Shown: piece by piece, positions 15,838-25,365 of the stretch
Layout of the letters: each line of letters begins with the position of its first letter
How positions within the stretch are numbered: position 1 is the first letter of the stretch
Assembly: GCA_031287845.1 (NCBI GenBank)
Contig: JAITSI010000069.1
Coordinates: forward strand, 1-47,454
Length of the DNA stretch: 47,454 nucleotides
Origin: Puniceicoccales bacterium
Lineage (GTDB): Bacteria > Verrucomicrobiota > Verrucomicrobiia > Opitutales > JAIRLM01
Reading direction: 5' to 3'
Made by a program: the position numbers and the translations under genes
The notes under the pieces: model-generated
Databases searched by the model: none
Told to the model about the DNA's origin: nothing
What the model saw: the letters and a program-made list of their open reading frames with translations, nothing else

Positions 15838-17342
15838 CGCCCCATTCGCAAGATCCAGGACAGAAGTCCCACGGCCAGCAGAGTCCCCAGGCCAAGGCCC
15901 AGCCCGCGCAGGCCCCGCCCGTCGGCTCCCTTCCAGCTCCGCGGCCGGTGTCGCAGCTGGGAAGATATTTTTGCCTTTTTCAAAAAGCCATCGTAGTTCC
16001 TCTGCACCAGATAGGTTTCCACCTGGCGCATCATCTCCAGCAGCACGCCCACCGTTATGAGCGTCCCGGTCCCACCGAAGAACAGGGCGACCCCATAGGG
16101 CACGTGCAGGGAGAAATAGAGAAAATCCGGCAGAATGGCGATGGCCGTGAGAAAGATCGCGCCGGCGAAGGTGAGCCGCGTCATGGCGAAGTCAAGGAAC
16201 TGGGCCGTGGCCACGCCGGGGCGCACCCCGGGGATGTAGCCGCCGTTTTTCTTCAATTCGTCCGCCACCTGGTTGGGCTGGAACATCATGGCCACCCAGA
16301 GGTAGCTGAAGGCAAAGATCAGCAGCGCGTAGAGAACGTAGTAGGAACCGGATCCCTGGGAAAGATGGTAGGATGCGGACTGGAAAAAGCGCATGCCGGT
16401 TGCGCCGCCCAAATAGGCAAATATTTGCTGGGGAAAGAGCAGCAGCGCGCTCCCGAAGATGATGGGCATGACCCCCGAATAGTTTACCTTGAGCGGCAGG
16501 AACGAGCTGCTTCCGGAGTAGAGGCGATTCCCCACCATGTGCTTCGTGTGCTGTACCGGAATCTTGCGCTGTCCCTGGGTCACGGCGATCATGGACAGCA
16601 CGACCGCGAGCAGCAGCGCGGACATCCCCAGCAACTGCAACACGCGCAGGCTCCAGGACGGCCCGGAAGTTCCCCCGCCAAAGATGAGCTGCGCCATCTG
16701 CTGCAGGCTGCGGGGCAGCGAGGAGAGGATGCCGACGACGATGAGCAGGGACATGCCGTTGCCGATGCCGCGCTGGGAAATCTGATCGCCGAGCCAGACG
16801 AGGATCAGGGTCCCGGTCGTGAGAAACAGCGTCGAAGAGAAAAAGAACCAGCTTTTTCCCGCCACCACGATGGCGCCGTAGTGGCGCGGATCGAACCCGG
16901 TAAACAGCTTGCCGGGGTAGTTGGCCAGGGCTGCCACCAGTAAAATCCCCTGGAGCAGGCAGATGGCCAGGGTCAGGTAGCGCGTGTACTGGGCAATGCG
17001 GTGCCGGCCCACCTCCCCCTCCAGCTGCAGCTTCGCCAGGGACGGCATGACGACGGCCAGCAGCTGCATCACGATCGACGCGCTGATGTAGGGCATGATG
17101 CCGAGGCCAAAGATCGCCCCCTTCAGCATGGCCCCGCCGGTGAACATGTTATAGAGGCCCACCAGGCCACCGCCCCGGGCAGCGGCCACCTGGTCCGCGA
17201 AGAACAGGCGCAGGGGGACGGGATCCAGCCCGGGCAGCGGAATGTTGGCCCCCATCCGCGCCACAAAAATGAGGATCAGCGTGAAGAATAGGCGGCTCCG
17301 CAGCTCCGGTACGCGAAAAAAGTTGGCAAACCCGGCAAACAT
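15834..17342 (-). CDS. secY: Preprotein translocase subunit SecY (with ~44-aa C-terminal hydrophobic extension)
   Basis: MFAGFANFFRVPELRSRLFFTLILIFVARMGANIPLPG...; multi-TM; position between rplO and map. Confidence 0.95.
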   Translation of the reverse strand: MFAGFANFFRVPELRSRLFFTLILIFVARMGANIPLPGLDPVPLRLFFADQVAAARGGGLVGLYNMFTGGAMLKGAIFGLGIMPYISASIVMQLLAVVMPSLAKLQLEGEVGRHRIAQYTRYLTLAICLLQGILLVAALANYPGKLFTGFDPRHYGAIVVAGKSWFFFSSTLFLTTGTLILVWLGDQISQRGIGNGMSLLIVVGILSSLPRSLQQMAQLIFGGGTSGPSWSLRVLQLLGMSALLLAVVLSMIAVTQGQRKIPVQHTKHMVGNRLYSGSSSFLPLKVNYSGVMPIIFGSALLLFPQQIFAYLGGATGMRFFQSASYHLSQGSGSYYVLYALLIFAFSYLWVAMMFQPNQVADELKKNGGYIPGVRPGVATAQFLDFAMTRLTFAGAIFLTAIAILPDFLYFSLHVPYGVALFFGGTGTLITVGVLLEMMRQVETYLVQRNYDGFLKKAKISSQLRHRPRSWKGADGRGLRGLGLGLGTLLAVGLLSWILRMGR

Positions 17343-17354
17343 ATGGTCCCCGCC

Positions 17355-17915
17355 CTAGGCGTCCTTCTCTTCCGTCTGCGATCCATCGGCCACGGCCGGT
17401 GCGATTTCCGCGATTTCCCCGGCGGCTTCCATGGTTTCCATGGTTTCCGTTGCTTCCGCGACCTCCCCGGCTTCCCCGCCGACCAGGATTGCCCGGCCCC
17501 CGGCCCCTAGGATTGCACTCCGCGCGCCCTGGGAAAAGGCATGGGCCCGCACGGTCAGCGCGACCTCCAGGCCCCCGTTGCCAATCACCTTCACCGCCCT
17601 TGCCGAGGACCGGACCAGGCCACGTCCCTGCAATAGAGCAAGGTCCACCGTGTCGCCCCCCGTAAAAAACTCTGCCAGGCGCTGGAGGGTGATCTCCGCG
17701 GGCCGCCGGCGGAAGCGGGCCTGGGAAAAGCCGCGCATGGGCAACTTGCGGTACCAGGGAATGCCGGAGGTAACTGGCGACGGATGGTAGCCGGACCGGG
17801 ACCGCGCGCCCTTGTTGCCCCGCCCGGCGGTCTTGCCGTGCCCGGAGCTTTCCCCCCGGCCCACGCGGGTCCTCTTGGCTCCCCGGGAAGGGGATAGGTT
17901 GTGCAAAATTCCCAT
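17355..17915 (-). CDS. rplO: 50S ribosomal protein L15 (with acidic C-terminal extension)
   Basis: LSPSRGAKRTRVGRGESSGHGKTAGRGNKGARSRSG. Confidence 0.95.
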   Translation of the reverse strand: MGILHNLSPSRGAKRTRVGRGESSGHGKTAGRGNKGARSRSGYHPSPVTSGIPWYRKLPMRGFSQARFRRRPAEITLQRLAEFFTGGDTVDLALLQGRGLVRSSARAVKVIGNGGLEVALTVRAHAFSQGARSAILGAGGRAILVGGEAGEVAEATETMETMEAAGEIAEIAPAVADGSQTEEKDA

Positions 17916-18463
17916 CAGGCGTCCCTCCGGATGAATGTCTGGCCCCGCATGCGCATGATCGTCTCCCGGGAACGCAGCCGGCGCATCGCATTCAGCGTGG
18001 CCCGGACCGTTGCCAGCGCGTTGCTGGAGCGCATGGACTTGGAGAGTATGTTCTTAATTCCTACGAGCTCGAGCACGGCCCGGACCCCGCCTCCGGCCAC
18101 CAGCCCGGTCCCCTCCATGGCCGGCTTCAGCAGCACCCGGCCGCCGTCGGCCAGGCCCACGATGCCGTGGGGAATGGTATTCCCCGCCAGTTCAAAGGTT
18201 TGCAGGTGATTTCTAGCCTGTTCGTTGGCCTTCCGCACCGCCTCCGGCACCTCCTTGGCCCGGCCATAGCCCATGCCCACGCGCCCGGCCCGGTCTCCCA
18301 CCACGACCAGCGCGGAGAAGCTAAAGCGACGGCCGCCCTTCATCACCTTGGCGCAGCGTCCCACGTGGACAACCTTCTCCTCCAGGGAGTCGCCGCTGGG
18401 ATTTTCCCGCCGCTCTCCCCGGCCCCCTCCCCGGGAAAAGTGTCTCCTTGTCTTCGTGTCCAT
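17915..18463 (-). CDS. rpsE: 30S ribosomal protein S5
   Basis: VVHVGRCAKVMKGGRRFSFSALVVVGD...GYGRAKEVPEAVRKA. Confidence 0.96.
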   Translation of the reverse strand: MDTKTRRHFSRGGGRGERRENPSGDSLEEKVVHVGRCAKVMKGGRRFSFSALVVVGDRAGRVGMGYGRAKEVPEAVRKANEQARNHLQTFELAGNTIPHGIVGLADGGRVLLKPAMEGTGLVAGGGVRAVLELVGIKNILSKSMRSSNALATVRATLNAMRRLRSRETIMRMRGQTFIRRDA

Positions 18464-18466
18464 GGA

Positions 18467-18823
18467 TTAAAACTCCAACCCCGCCTTCCGTGCCGCATCG
18501 GCAAATTCCTGCACACAGCCGTGGTAGCGCCGCGGCCCGCGGTCCAAAATCACGCGCGCGATCCCGTGCGCCAGGGCCTTCCGGGCGATGCTCTCCCCGA
18601 GGACCGCCGCCCCTGTCCGGTTGGCGTGGACCGGCTCTCCCTCTCCCCCGAGCGAACTTGCGGCCACCAGCGTCACGGCCTCTCCGTCGTCGATGCACTG
18701 TGCGTAGATGTGCCGATTGGAAAAATGAACGCTCAGCCGCGGCCGCTCCACCGTTCCGGAAATTCGGGAGCGCACGCGCCACCTGCGTCGCTTTGCCAGT
18801 GCCCGCTTATCTTGCGCTTTCAT
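18467..18823 (-). CDS. rplR: 50S ribosomal protein L18
   Basis: MKAQDKRALAKRRRWRVRSRISGTVERPRLSVHFSNRHIYAQ. ATG at 18823 has GGAG 9 nt upstream; the alternative ATG at 18838 adds 5 aa. Confidence 0.93.
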   Translation of the reverse strand: MKAQDKRALAKRRRWRVRSRISGTVERPRLSVHFSNRHIYAQCIDDGEAVTLVAASSLGGEGEPVHANRTGAAVLGESIARKALAHGIARVILDRGPRRYHGCVQEFADAARKAGLEF

Positions 18824-18850
18824 GCTAAGAATCTCCATTCCAGAGGTTTA

Positions 18851-19393
18851 TCAGGCAGTCTTCTTGCCTTCCTTGCGGCGAACGAAGCGTCCCAGGATGC
18901 GGACCCCCTTCCCCTTGTAGGGTTCCACGGGGTAGAAGGAGAAAATGTCGGCGGCGACCTGGCCCACGACCTGCTTGTCGATGCCTTCCACGCGCAGCTT
19001 TGTCCCGTCGGCGACGTCCAGGCGAATTCCATCCGGCAGCGGGTAAACTATGGGATGGGATGTGCCCAGGGACAGGTCTACCGTGCGGCCCTTGACGATC
19101 GCCTTGAAGCCCACCCCGGTAATTTCCAGCTCCTTGGAAAATCCGGCCGTCACCCCCTGCAGCATGCCGGCGACGAGGGAGCGGGCCGTGCCAACCATCG
19201 CCCTCGCCTGGCGTGAGGCATTGGCCGCCCGAAAGGAAAGGGAATGCCCATCCCAGACCACCGCCACGTGGCGCTCCGGAAAAGATTTTTCCAGCTGGCC
19301 CCGGGGGCCGCGCACGGCGACGTGACCCCCATCGACGGTTACCGCAACCCCTTCCGGGACCGGCAACGCCATTCTCTCCGCCCTGGTGCTCAT
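18851..19393 (-). CDS. rplF: 50S ribosomal protein L6
   Basis: MSTRAERMALPVPEGVAVTVDGGHVAVRGPRGQLEKSF. ATG at 19393 follows the rpsH stop (19404). Confidence 0.95.
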   Translation of the reverse strand: MSTRAERMALPVPEGVAVTVDGGHVAVRGPRGQLEKSFPERHVAVVWDGHSLSFRAANASRQARAMVGTARSLVAGMLQGVTAGFSKELEITGVGFKAIVKGRTVDLSLGTSHPIVYPLPDGIRLDVADGTKLRVEGIDKQVVGQVAADIFSFYPVEPYKGKGVRILGRFVRRKEGKKTA

Positions 19394-19403
19394 CCGCGCG
19401 CTC

Positions 19404-19793
19404 CTAGTAAATTTTGCACAGCAACTCGCCGCCCACGTTGCGCTTCCGCGCCTCCGAATCCCGCATGAGTCCCTGGGACGTGGAAACGATGGCAATGCCC
19501 ATGCCGTTTAAAACGCGGGGCAATGCCTTGGCGCCGAAGTACATGCGCCTTCCGGGCCGGCTGCAGCGTTCCACGGCAGTGATCGGCGACCGGCCATCCG
19601 CGTAGCGCAGCTGTACCCGCACCCGCCGGTGGCCCGCCCCGTCGACCGTCTCTTCCCAGTCGCCGACGTAGCCGCTATTTTTGAGAATTTTCAAAATAGC
19701 ACAGCGCACCCGGGCGTGGGGCACCTCCACGGCCGCAAGCTTTGCCCTGGCCCCATTGCGCAGGGTGGTCAAAAAATCTCCAATTCCGTCCAT
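19404..19793 (-). CDS. rpsH: 30S ribosomal protein S8
   Basis: MDGIGDFLTTLRNGARAKL...GMGIAIVSTSQGLM. Confidence 0.96.
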   Translation of the reverse strand: MDGIGDFLTTLRNGARAKLAAVEVPHARVRCAILKILKNSGYVGDWEETVDGAGHRRVRVQLRYADGRSPITAVERCSRPGRRMYFGAKALPRVLNGMGIAIVSTSQGLMRDSEARKRNVGGELLCKIY

Positions 19794-19802
19794 CGCAATC
19801 CT

Positions 19803-20108
19803 TTACCAGGAACTTTTCATCACGCCGGGCATGCTTCCATCGGCCACGAGCTCCCGCAGAACCAGCCGGGAAACCCCGAAGCGGCGGTGGAAGCCCCGGG
19901 CCCGGCCGGTCAGGGCACAGCGATTGCGAATGCGCGTCGGGCAGGAATTTTTGGGCAACTTCGCCAGACGGCACTGGGCCTTGAAGAAGACCGCGTCCGT
20001 CACCTGGGGATCGGCCAGGATGGCCTTCAGCCGGCACCGCTCCGCGCGAAACTTCGCCTCGAGGCGGATGCGCTTTTCGTTGCGGGCAATGGAAGATTTC
20101 TTTGCCAT
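19803..20108 (-). CDS. rpsN: 30S ribosomal protein S14 (long, non-zinc type, 101 aa)
   Basis: MAKKSSIARNEKRIRLEAKF...RIRNRCALTGRARGFHRRFGVSRLVLRELV...W. ATG at 20108. Confidence 0.95.
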   Translation of the reverse strand: MAKKSSIARNEKRIRLEAKFRAERCRLKAILADPQVTDAVFFKAQCRLAKLPKNSCPTRIRNRCALTGRARGFHRRFGVSRLVLRELVADGSMPGVMKSSW

Positions 20109-20130
20109 GGTTTCCGTTGTCTCCTGCCGA

Positions 20131-20706
20131 TTAGGCCTTTGCCGTCCCATCGCCGGACCGGCGCACGAAGGGAACTCCCAGCCCGCGCAGCAGCTCCACC
20201 GCCTCACCGTCCGATTTTGCACTTGTCACAAAGCTAATGTCCATGCCGATCGCCTTCCGCTCCCTGTCCACGCTTACCTCGGGGAAAATCGTGTGGTCCG
20301 CGATGCCCAGCGTGAAATTGCCCCGGCCGTCGCAGCGCGGTGCCAGCCCACGAAAGTCGCGGAGCCGCGGCAGGGCGATGGAGACCAGGCGGTAGAGAAA
20401 TTCGTACATGCGCCGCGCGCGCAGGGTCACCTTCACGCCGTTCGGAACGCCGGCGCGCAGCTTGAAATTGGAGATGCTCTTCCGGGCCCGCACCACCACG
20501 GGCCGCTGGCCGGCGATGAGGGAGACGTCCTTCACCACCTCCTCCACCCATGTCTTCTCCGAGTCCGATCCGATGGCGGAATTGATGACAATTTTCTCCA
20601 GCGCAGGCACTTCGTGCACATTCCGCCGGACGCCGCCCTCGCGCAGCTGCTTCCGCAGCTCGTCCCTGTAGTACCGTTCCAATACCGGCCGTTCCATCGC
20701 ATCCAT
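20131..20706 (-). CDS. rplE: 50S ribosomal protein L5
   Basis: MERPVLERYYRDELRKQL...VPALEKIVINSAIG. ATG at 20706 or 20697; both lie downstream of the rplX stop. Confidence 0.94.
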   Translation of the reverse strand: MDAMERPVLERYYRDELRKQLREGGVRRNVHEVPALEKIVINSAIGSDSEKTWVEEVVKDVSLIAGQRPVVVRARKSISNFKLRAGVPNGVKVTLRARRMYEFLYRLVSIALPRLRDFRGLAPRCDGRGNFTLGIADHTIFPEVSVDRERKAIGMDISFVTSAKSDGEAVELLRGLGVPFVRRSGDGTAKA

Positions 20707-20747
20707 CCGAAAATCGTCCCGCCACTCCTGGCAAAAAAAATCCCGTG

Positions 20748-20996
20748 TCAATTCCTTTTTACCGTGGCATCGGAAATTTTACGCACCTTGGACCGGTGGA
20801 TGGGGGTTTCCCGCTCCAGAATGATCCCCTCGGGATGCTGCGATGATTTTTTCAGGTGCTTTTTTTGCAGGCACACGCCGGACACCAGGACTTGATTCTC
20901 CGTGCGCAGCACCTGCAACACCCTGCCCTGCTTGCCCTTGTCGTCTCCTCCGATGACCTGAACCTCGTCACCGACCCGAATGCCGCACCTGCTCAT
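20748..20996 (-). CDS. rplX: 50S ribosomal protein L24
   Basis: [24 protein letters not shown] (KOW motif). ATGA overlap with rplN. Confidence 0.94.
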   Translation of the reverse strand: MSRCGIRVGDEVQVIGGDDKGKQGRVLQVLRTENQVLVSGVCLQKKHLKKSSQHPEGIILERETPIHRSKVRKISDATVKRN

Positions 20997-21358
20997 ATCA
21001 CCTCCGGCGCCAGCGAGAGAATTTTTGTGAATTTTTTCTGCCGCAGCTCGCGCGCAATCGGGCCGAACACCCGGGTGCCGCGGGGATTGCCCTTGTCGTC
21101 GACGATGACGCAGGCATTGGAATCGAAGCGGAGGTAGCTGCCATCCTTTCTTCCGATGCAGCGCTTTGTGCGCACGACCACGGCCTTCACGACGGATCCC
21201 TTTTTCACCGTCGCCTCCGAGATGCTCTCCTTTATGGTCACCACGATCACGTCCCCCACCGACGCCGTCCGCTTATTGGGCCCGAGCCGGCGGATCATCA
21301 TCGCGGTCTTGGCTCCCGTGTTGTCGGCCACCTCTAAAATGCTCTGCTGTTGTAACAT
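20993..21358 (-). CDS. rplN: 50S ribosomal protein L14
   Basis: [23 protein letters not shown]... Confidence 0.97.
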   Translation of the reverse strand: MLQQQSILEVADNTGAKTAMMIRRLGPNKRTASVGDVIVVTIKESISEATVKKGSVVKAVVVRTKRCIGRKDGSYLRFDSNACVIVDDKGNPRGTRVFGPIARELRQKKFTKILSLAPEVI

Positions 21359-21368
21359 GGCGCACCTC

Positions 21369-21638
21369 TCAGACCGATGAAGCTTTTTGCAGAACCGCCG
21401 TCACCCGCCAGCGCTTCAGATGGCTCAGGGGCCGCGTCTCCACGATCGCCACCCGATCTCCGACGGAGCAGGTATTTTCGGCGTCGTGGGCATGGACCAC
21501 GGTCTTGCGCCGCACCTCCTTGAGGTAGCGCGCGTGGGGTTCCTTGTAGAAATAGGTTACCTTCACGCTCTTGTCCCCCATGCGGCTGGTCACCAGGCCA
21601 ATCAGCGACCGGCGCAACTTGCGCACTTCCCCGCTCAT
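21369..21638 (-). CDS. rpsQ: 30S ribosomal protein S17
   Basis: [21 protein letters not shown]...[27 protein letters not shown] at 21638 overlaps the rpmC TGA (ATGA). Confidence 0.94.
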   Translation of the reverse strand: MSGEVRKLRRSLIGLVTSRMGDKSVKVTYFYKEPHARYLKEVRRKTVVHAHDAENTCSVGDRVAIVETRPLSHLKRWRVTAVLQKASSV

Positions 21639-21841
21639 GGCCGCGACCCTTCCGCGCAATGCCGCTCCGCCCGAACCGTGCACAGGCGGGCAATGTCCCT
21701 GCGCAGGGCGGCAAATTGGTGGGTCTTGTCCACCTGGCCCGCGCTACGCCTGAGGTGGAGCCGCAGCAGCTCCCTTTTCCTCTCCTCCAGAAGCTGGACC
21801 ACCGCCGCGTCATCCATTGCCCGTATCTCCTTCGCCTTCAT
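21635..21841 (-). CDS. rpmC: 50S ribosomal protein L29
   Basis: MKAKEIRAMDDAAVVQLLEERKRELLRLHLRRSAGQV. Confidence 0.94.
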   Translation of the reverse strand: MKAKEIRAMDDAAVVQLLEERKRELLRLHLRRSAGQVDKTHQFAALRRDIARLCTVRAERHCAEGSRP

Positions 21842-22272
21842 TTGTCAAACTGCTCCCCATCGTCCCGTGCCATGAAGCGACAGCCGAACGGAACCTTTCC
21901 ATCGGCGAGCCGCATTGCCTCCCGGGCCAGCGCGGACGGAACGCCGGAAACCTCAAAGAGCACATTGCCCGGCCGTACCACAACCGCCCAAAATTCCACG
22001 CCACCCTTGCCCTTGCCCATGCGCGTTTCCGCCGGCTTGCGGGTAATCGGCTTCTGGGGAAACACCCGCATCCACAGCTTTCCCTTTCTCTTCAGGTGCC
22101 GGTTGATGGCAACGCGGGCGGCCTCCAGCTGGGAAGCCGTCAGCAGGCCCCGCTCCAGCGCCTGGATCCCAAAGTCTCCAAAGGCCAGCCCGTTCCCTCC
22201 CTTGGCGCCATGGCGGTTGCGCCCCTTGTGCACCTTGCGGTACTTTGTCTTCGCCGGTAATAGATTCGCCAT
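21838..22272 (-). CDS. rplP: 50S ribosomal protein L16
   Basis: MANLLPAKTKYRKVHKGRNRHGAKGGN... Confidence 0.97.
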   Translation of the reverse strand: MANLLPAKTKYRKVHKGRNRHGAKGGNGLAFGDFGIQALERGLLTASQLEAARVAINRHLKRKGKLWMRVFPQKPITRKPAETRMGKGKGGVEFWAVVVRPGNVLFEVSGVPSALAREAMRLADGKVPFGCRFMARDDGEQFDK

Positions 22273-22281
22273 GGCAGTTCC

Positions 22282-22917
22282 CTACGCGTTCTTTGTTTCC
22301 TGTTGCCGGCAGATCCAGCACTTGACCCCAATTTTCCCATAGACCGTCTGGGCCTCCACGAGGGCGTAGTCAATGTCTTCCCGCAGGGTGTGGAGGGGAA
22401 TTCGACCCACCCGCTGCGTCTCCGTGCGCGCAATTTCCGCACCGCCCAGCCGGCCGGAGCACTGGACCTTTATTCCCTGCGCCCCAGCTCCCATGGTGAT
22501 CTGCAGGGCCTTTTTCGTGGCCCGGCGGAAGGAAATGCGCCGCTCCAGCTGGGACGCCACCCCCTCGGCCACCAGCTTGGCCACCAGCTCCGGCTTTTTG
22601 ACCTCCTGGATGTCGATGACCACGTCCTGGGGGCAAACCCGGCGCAGCTTCTGGGTTAGCAGGTCCAAATCCTGTCCCTTGCGGCCCAGGACGGTCGACG
22701 GCCGCGGAGTGCAGATTTTGACGCGCACCTTTCCCGCCGCCCGCTCGATGAAAATTTTCGCGATGGAGGCGAAGCGCAGCTCGCGGAACAGGAAGCGGCG
22801 GATGAGAAAATCCTCCTTCACCCAGATGGGGTAGGACTTCCTGTCGCCGTACCAGCGGGACTGCCAATCCCGGCGCACCGGCAAGCGAAAACCGATTGGA
22901 TTTACTTTTTGACCCAT
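22282..22917 (-). CDS. rpsC: 30S ribosomal protein S3
   Basis: MGQKVNPIGFRLPVRRDWQSRWY... with KH domain. Confidence 0.97.
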   Translation of the reverse strand: MGQKVNPIGFRLPVRRDWQSRWYGDRKSYPIWVKEDFLIRRFLFRELRFASIAKIFIERAAGKVRVKICTPRPSTVLGRKGQDLDLLTQKLRRVCPQDVVIDIQEVKKPELVAKLVAEGVASQLERRISFRRATKKALQITMGAGAQGIKVQCSGRLGGAEIARTETQRVGRIPLHTLREDIDYALVEAQTVYGKIGVKCWICRQQETKNA

Positions 22918-22921
22918 GGTA

Positions 22922-23257
22922 CTACCTAAGAATAACTCGAATGTGGCTGGTGCGCTTGCGGATGGGATGGGCCGAGCCCCGCGCCGCCGGCACGTGGCGA
23001 TCCATCGTGGCCCCCTCCCCGATTTGCACGCTCTGAATTACCAAATTCTCCGGGGAAGAGTTGTGGTTGTTTTCCGCATTGGCGACGGCGCTGCGCAGTG
23101 CCTTTTCGATGAGCCGCGCCGACCGGCGGGGGATCAGGCGCAGCAGGTTTACCCCGGCGATCGCCATCTTGCCCGGCAAAATCCGCGCCACCTGGCGCAA
23201 TTTGAAGGGGGACATGCGCACCCGCGCCGCCGTTGCTGTGAATTGCTGCTGTTCCAT
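22922..23257 (-). CDS. rplV: 50S ribosomal protein L22
   Basis: VRMSPFKLRQVARILPGK...ALRSAVANAENN. Confidence 0.95.
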   Translation of the reverse strand: MEQQQFTATAARVRMSPFKLRQVARILPGKMAIAGVNLLRLIPRRSARLIEKALRSAVANAENNHNSSPENLVIQSVQIGEGATMDRHVPAARGSAHPIRKRTSHIRVILR

Positions 23258-23259
23258 GG

Positions 23260-23532
23260 CTAGGCCTTCCGTGTGTGCGGGTTATGCCCCTTGAAGGTGC
23301 GGGTCGGAGCAAATTCCCCCAGCCGATTTCCCACCATGTTCTCCGTCACGTGGACCGGCACGAAAATCTTGCCGTTGTGCACCTCAAAGTTCAGGCCCAC
23401 AAAGTCCGGCGTGATCGTCGACCGGCGCGACCAGGTCCGGATGGGCTTGTGCGACTTCGATGCGACCGCGGCATCCACCTTTTCCATCAGCGACGGATCC
23501 AGATATACTCCCTTTTTCGTGGAACGTCCCAT
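23260..23532 (-). CDS. rpsS: 30S ribosomal protein S19
   Basis: [15 protein letters not shown]...[25 protein letters not shown]. Confidence 0.97.
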   Translation of the reverse strand: MGRSTKKGVYLDPSLMEKVDAAVASKSHKPIRTWSRRSTITPDFVGLNFEVHNGKIFVPVHVTENMVGNRLGEFAPTRTFKGHNPHTRKA

Positions 23533-23541
23533 GTGCCCCTC

Positions 23542-24393
23542 CTACCCCTTCCTTAGTTTTTTCCCGTTGCGGCGCAGGAGAATTTGCGTGTTGGCGTTGC
23601 GGAAGCGCTTCCGCGTGGGCAAGCCCTTCGCCAGCTGTCCCCAGGGGGAAACCGGATGTCCGCCGCCGGAGGTCCTGCCCTCGCCCCCGCCCATGGGATG
23701 GTCCACCGGGTTCATCACCACGCCCCGCACCCGAGGCCGCTTGCCCAGCCAGCGATTGCGGCCGGCCTTTCCCAGGGAGCTTTGGTTGTGTTCGCCGTTG
23801 CCCAGCACGCCCAGGGTCGCCCGGCAGCGGGAATCCACGCGCCGAATTTCCCCGCTCGGCAGTTTGAGGGTGGCCTTTCCCGCCTCCAGCGCCAGGAGCT
23901 GCACCGACGTTCCCGCACCGCGGGCCAGCTGTGCTCCCCGGCCCGGCAAAAGTTCCACGCAGTGAATGGCCATGGCCATGGGAACCAGGGACAGGGGCAG
24001 CGACCAGCCCACGCGATAGTCCTGGGGAGGCTGATTGGAGCTCATCACGCGGTCTCCGACGGCAAGACCCTCCGGAGCAGGGATATAGCGCTTTTCCCCG
24101 TCGGCGTAGACGAGCAGGGCAATGGTGGCGGAGCGGTTCGGATCGTAGGCGATGTGCCGCACCCGCGCCTCAATGTCCAGCTTGTCCCGGCGAAAGTCGA
24201 CGGCGCGCAGCAGGCGCCGGTGTCCCCCTCCCCGGCGGCGCATGGTGATCCGGCCGTGGCAGTTCCGGCCGCTGCAGCCGTGGGAACGGGCGGCGGTGAG
24301 CGACGGCTCCGACCTGGCAACGGTGAGCGACGGGCGATTCAGCGCCTGGTAGCGCTGGGTGACGGTGATGGGGCGGGTCCGAACGATGGCCAT
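23542..24393 (-). CDS. rplB: 50S ribosomal protein L2
   Basis: [19 protein letters not shown]...[19 protein letters not shown]. Confidence 0.97.
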   Translation of the reverse strand: MAIVRTRPITVTQRYQALNRPSLTVARSEPSLTAARSHGCSGRNCHGRITMRRRGGGHRRLLRAVDFRRDKLDIEARVRHIAYDPNRSATIALLVYADGEKRYIPAPEGLAVGDRVMSSNQPPQDYRVGWSLPLSLVPMAMAIHCVELLPGRGAQLARGAGTSVQLLALEAGKATLKLPSGEIRRVDSRCRATLGVLGNGEHNQSSLGKAGRNRWLGKRPRVRGVVMNPVDHPMGGGEGRTSGGGHPVSPWGQLAKGLPTRKRFRNANTQILLRRNGKKLRKG

Positions 24394-24405
24394 GGGAACG
24401 GTCTC

Positions 24406-24702
24406 CTAGAAGATTTCGATCTTGTCGTCCGCGCGCAGGGAAACGAAGGCCTTTTTCTCATCCGGCTCGCGCACCGTCGCGGACTGGCGCCGGGTCACGC
24501 GCAACTTGCGCACCTTTCCCTTGCGGCGGAGCAGATTGACCCGCAGGGGAGTTACATTGAACACCCTGCGAATCGCCTGTGCCACCGCTTCCCGGGTCGC
24601 ATCCAATGCCACGCGGAACACGTACTGGTTGCGGGAGGAGGACAGAAGTGTGGACTTTTCCGTCAACCAAAATCCGCGCAAAATTTCTCTTCCCTCAGCC
24701 AT
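24406..24702 (-). CDS. rplW: 50S ribosomal protein L23
   Basis: LTEKSTLLSSSRNQYVFRVALDATREAVAQAIRRVFNVTPLRVN. ATG at 24702 overlaps the rplD end by 8 nt. Confidence 0.93.
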   Translation of the reverse strand: MAEGREILRGFWLTEKSTLLSSSRNQYVFRVALDATREAVAQAIRRVFNVTPLRVNLLRRKGKVRKLRVTRRQSATVREPDEKKAFVSLRADDKIEIF

Positions 24703-25360
24703 TGGACACCTCTCCCTTCCCGGCGCGGTCCAGCGGGGCCAGACGGGCCAAGAGCGCGGCCATGGCCCGCTCCGTGACGAACAATTTCGAACAGCGGGCC
24801 ACGTCCCAGGCGTTGAGCGTGCGCGCTTCCGCCAGAAAAACCTGGGGAAGATTGCGCGCCGACAGCGCCGTCGTCTCGGAAAATGGCTCATCCACGAGCA
24901 GCGTGGGCCCCCCATCGCCGTGCATGCGGCGCAGGGTCCGGAGGAAATCCTTGGTCTTTGGCGTTTCCGGTTCCGGAAATGCCTCCACCAGAAGGAGTGC
25001 TCCCTCCGTTGCCAGATTGGCCAGGCCGCGGGCAAGGGCCAGCAGGCGTACCTTACGATTGATTTTTACGGTGTAGTCCCGCCTGCGGGGGCCAAAGGTT
25101 ACTCCGCCGCCGGACCAGATGGGGCTGCGCTTTTCCCCGTGGCGCGCATTGCCCGTGCCCTTCTGCCGGTAGGGTTTTTTGCCCGAGCCGCTCACCTCGG
25201 CCCGGGTCTTCGCCTGCGCATCTCCCTGGCGCGCATTGCGCTGGTAGGCCACCACGACCCGATGGAACGTGGACAGGCCCGCGTCCCCCTCGAAGGAGGG
25301 CAGCGGAACCGGCCGCATGGCAACCTCTTCGCCGTCACTTCCGTAGCAGTGCAGATCCAT
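24695..25360 (-). CDS. rplD: 50S ribosomal protein L4
   Basis: [41 protein letters not shown]. Confidence 0.96.
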   Translation of the reverse strand: MDLHCYGSDGEEVAMRPVPLPSFEGDAGLSTFHRVVVAYQRNARQGDAQAKTRAEVSGSGKKPYRQKGTGNARHGEKRSPIWSGGGVTFGPRRRDYTVKINRKVRLLALARGLANLATEGALLLVEAFPEPETPKTKDFLRTLRRMHGDGGPTLLVDEPFSETTALSARNLPQVFLAEARTLNAWDVARCSKLFVTERAMAALLARLAPLDRAGKGEVSNG

Positions 25361-25365
25361 CGCGC

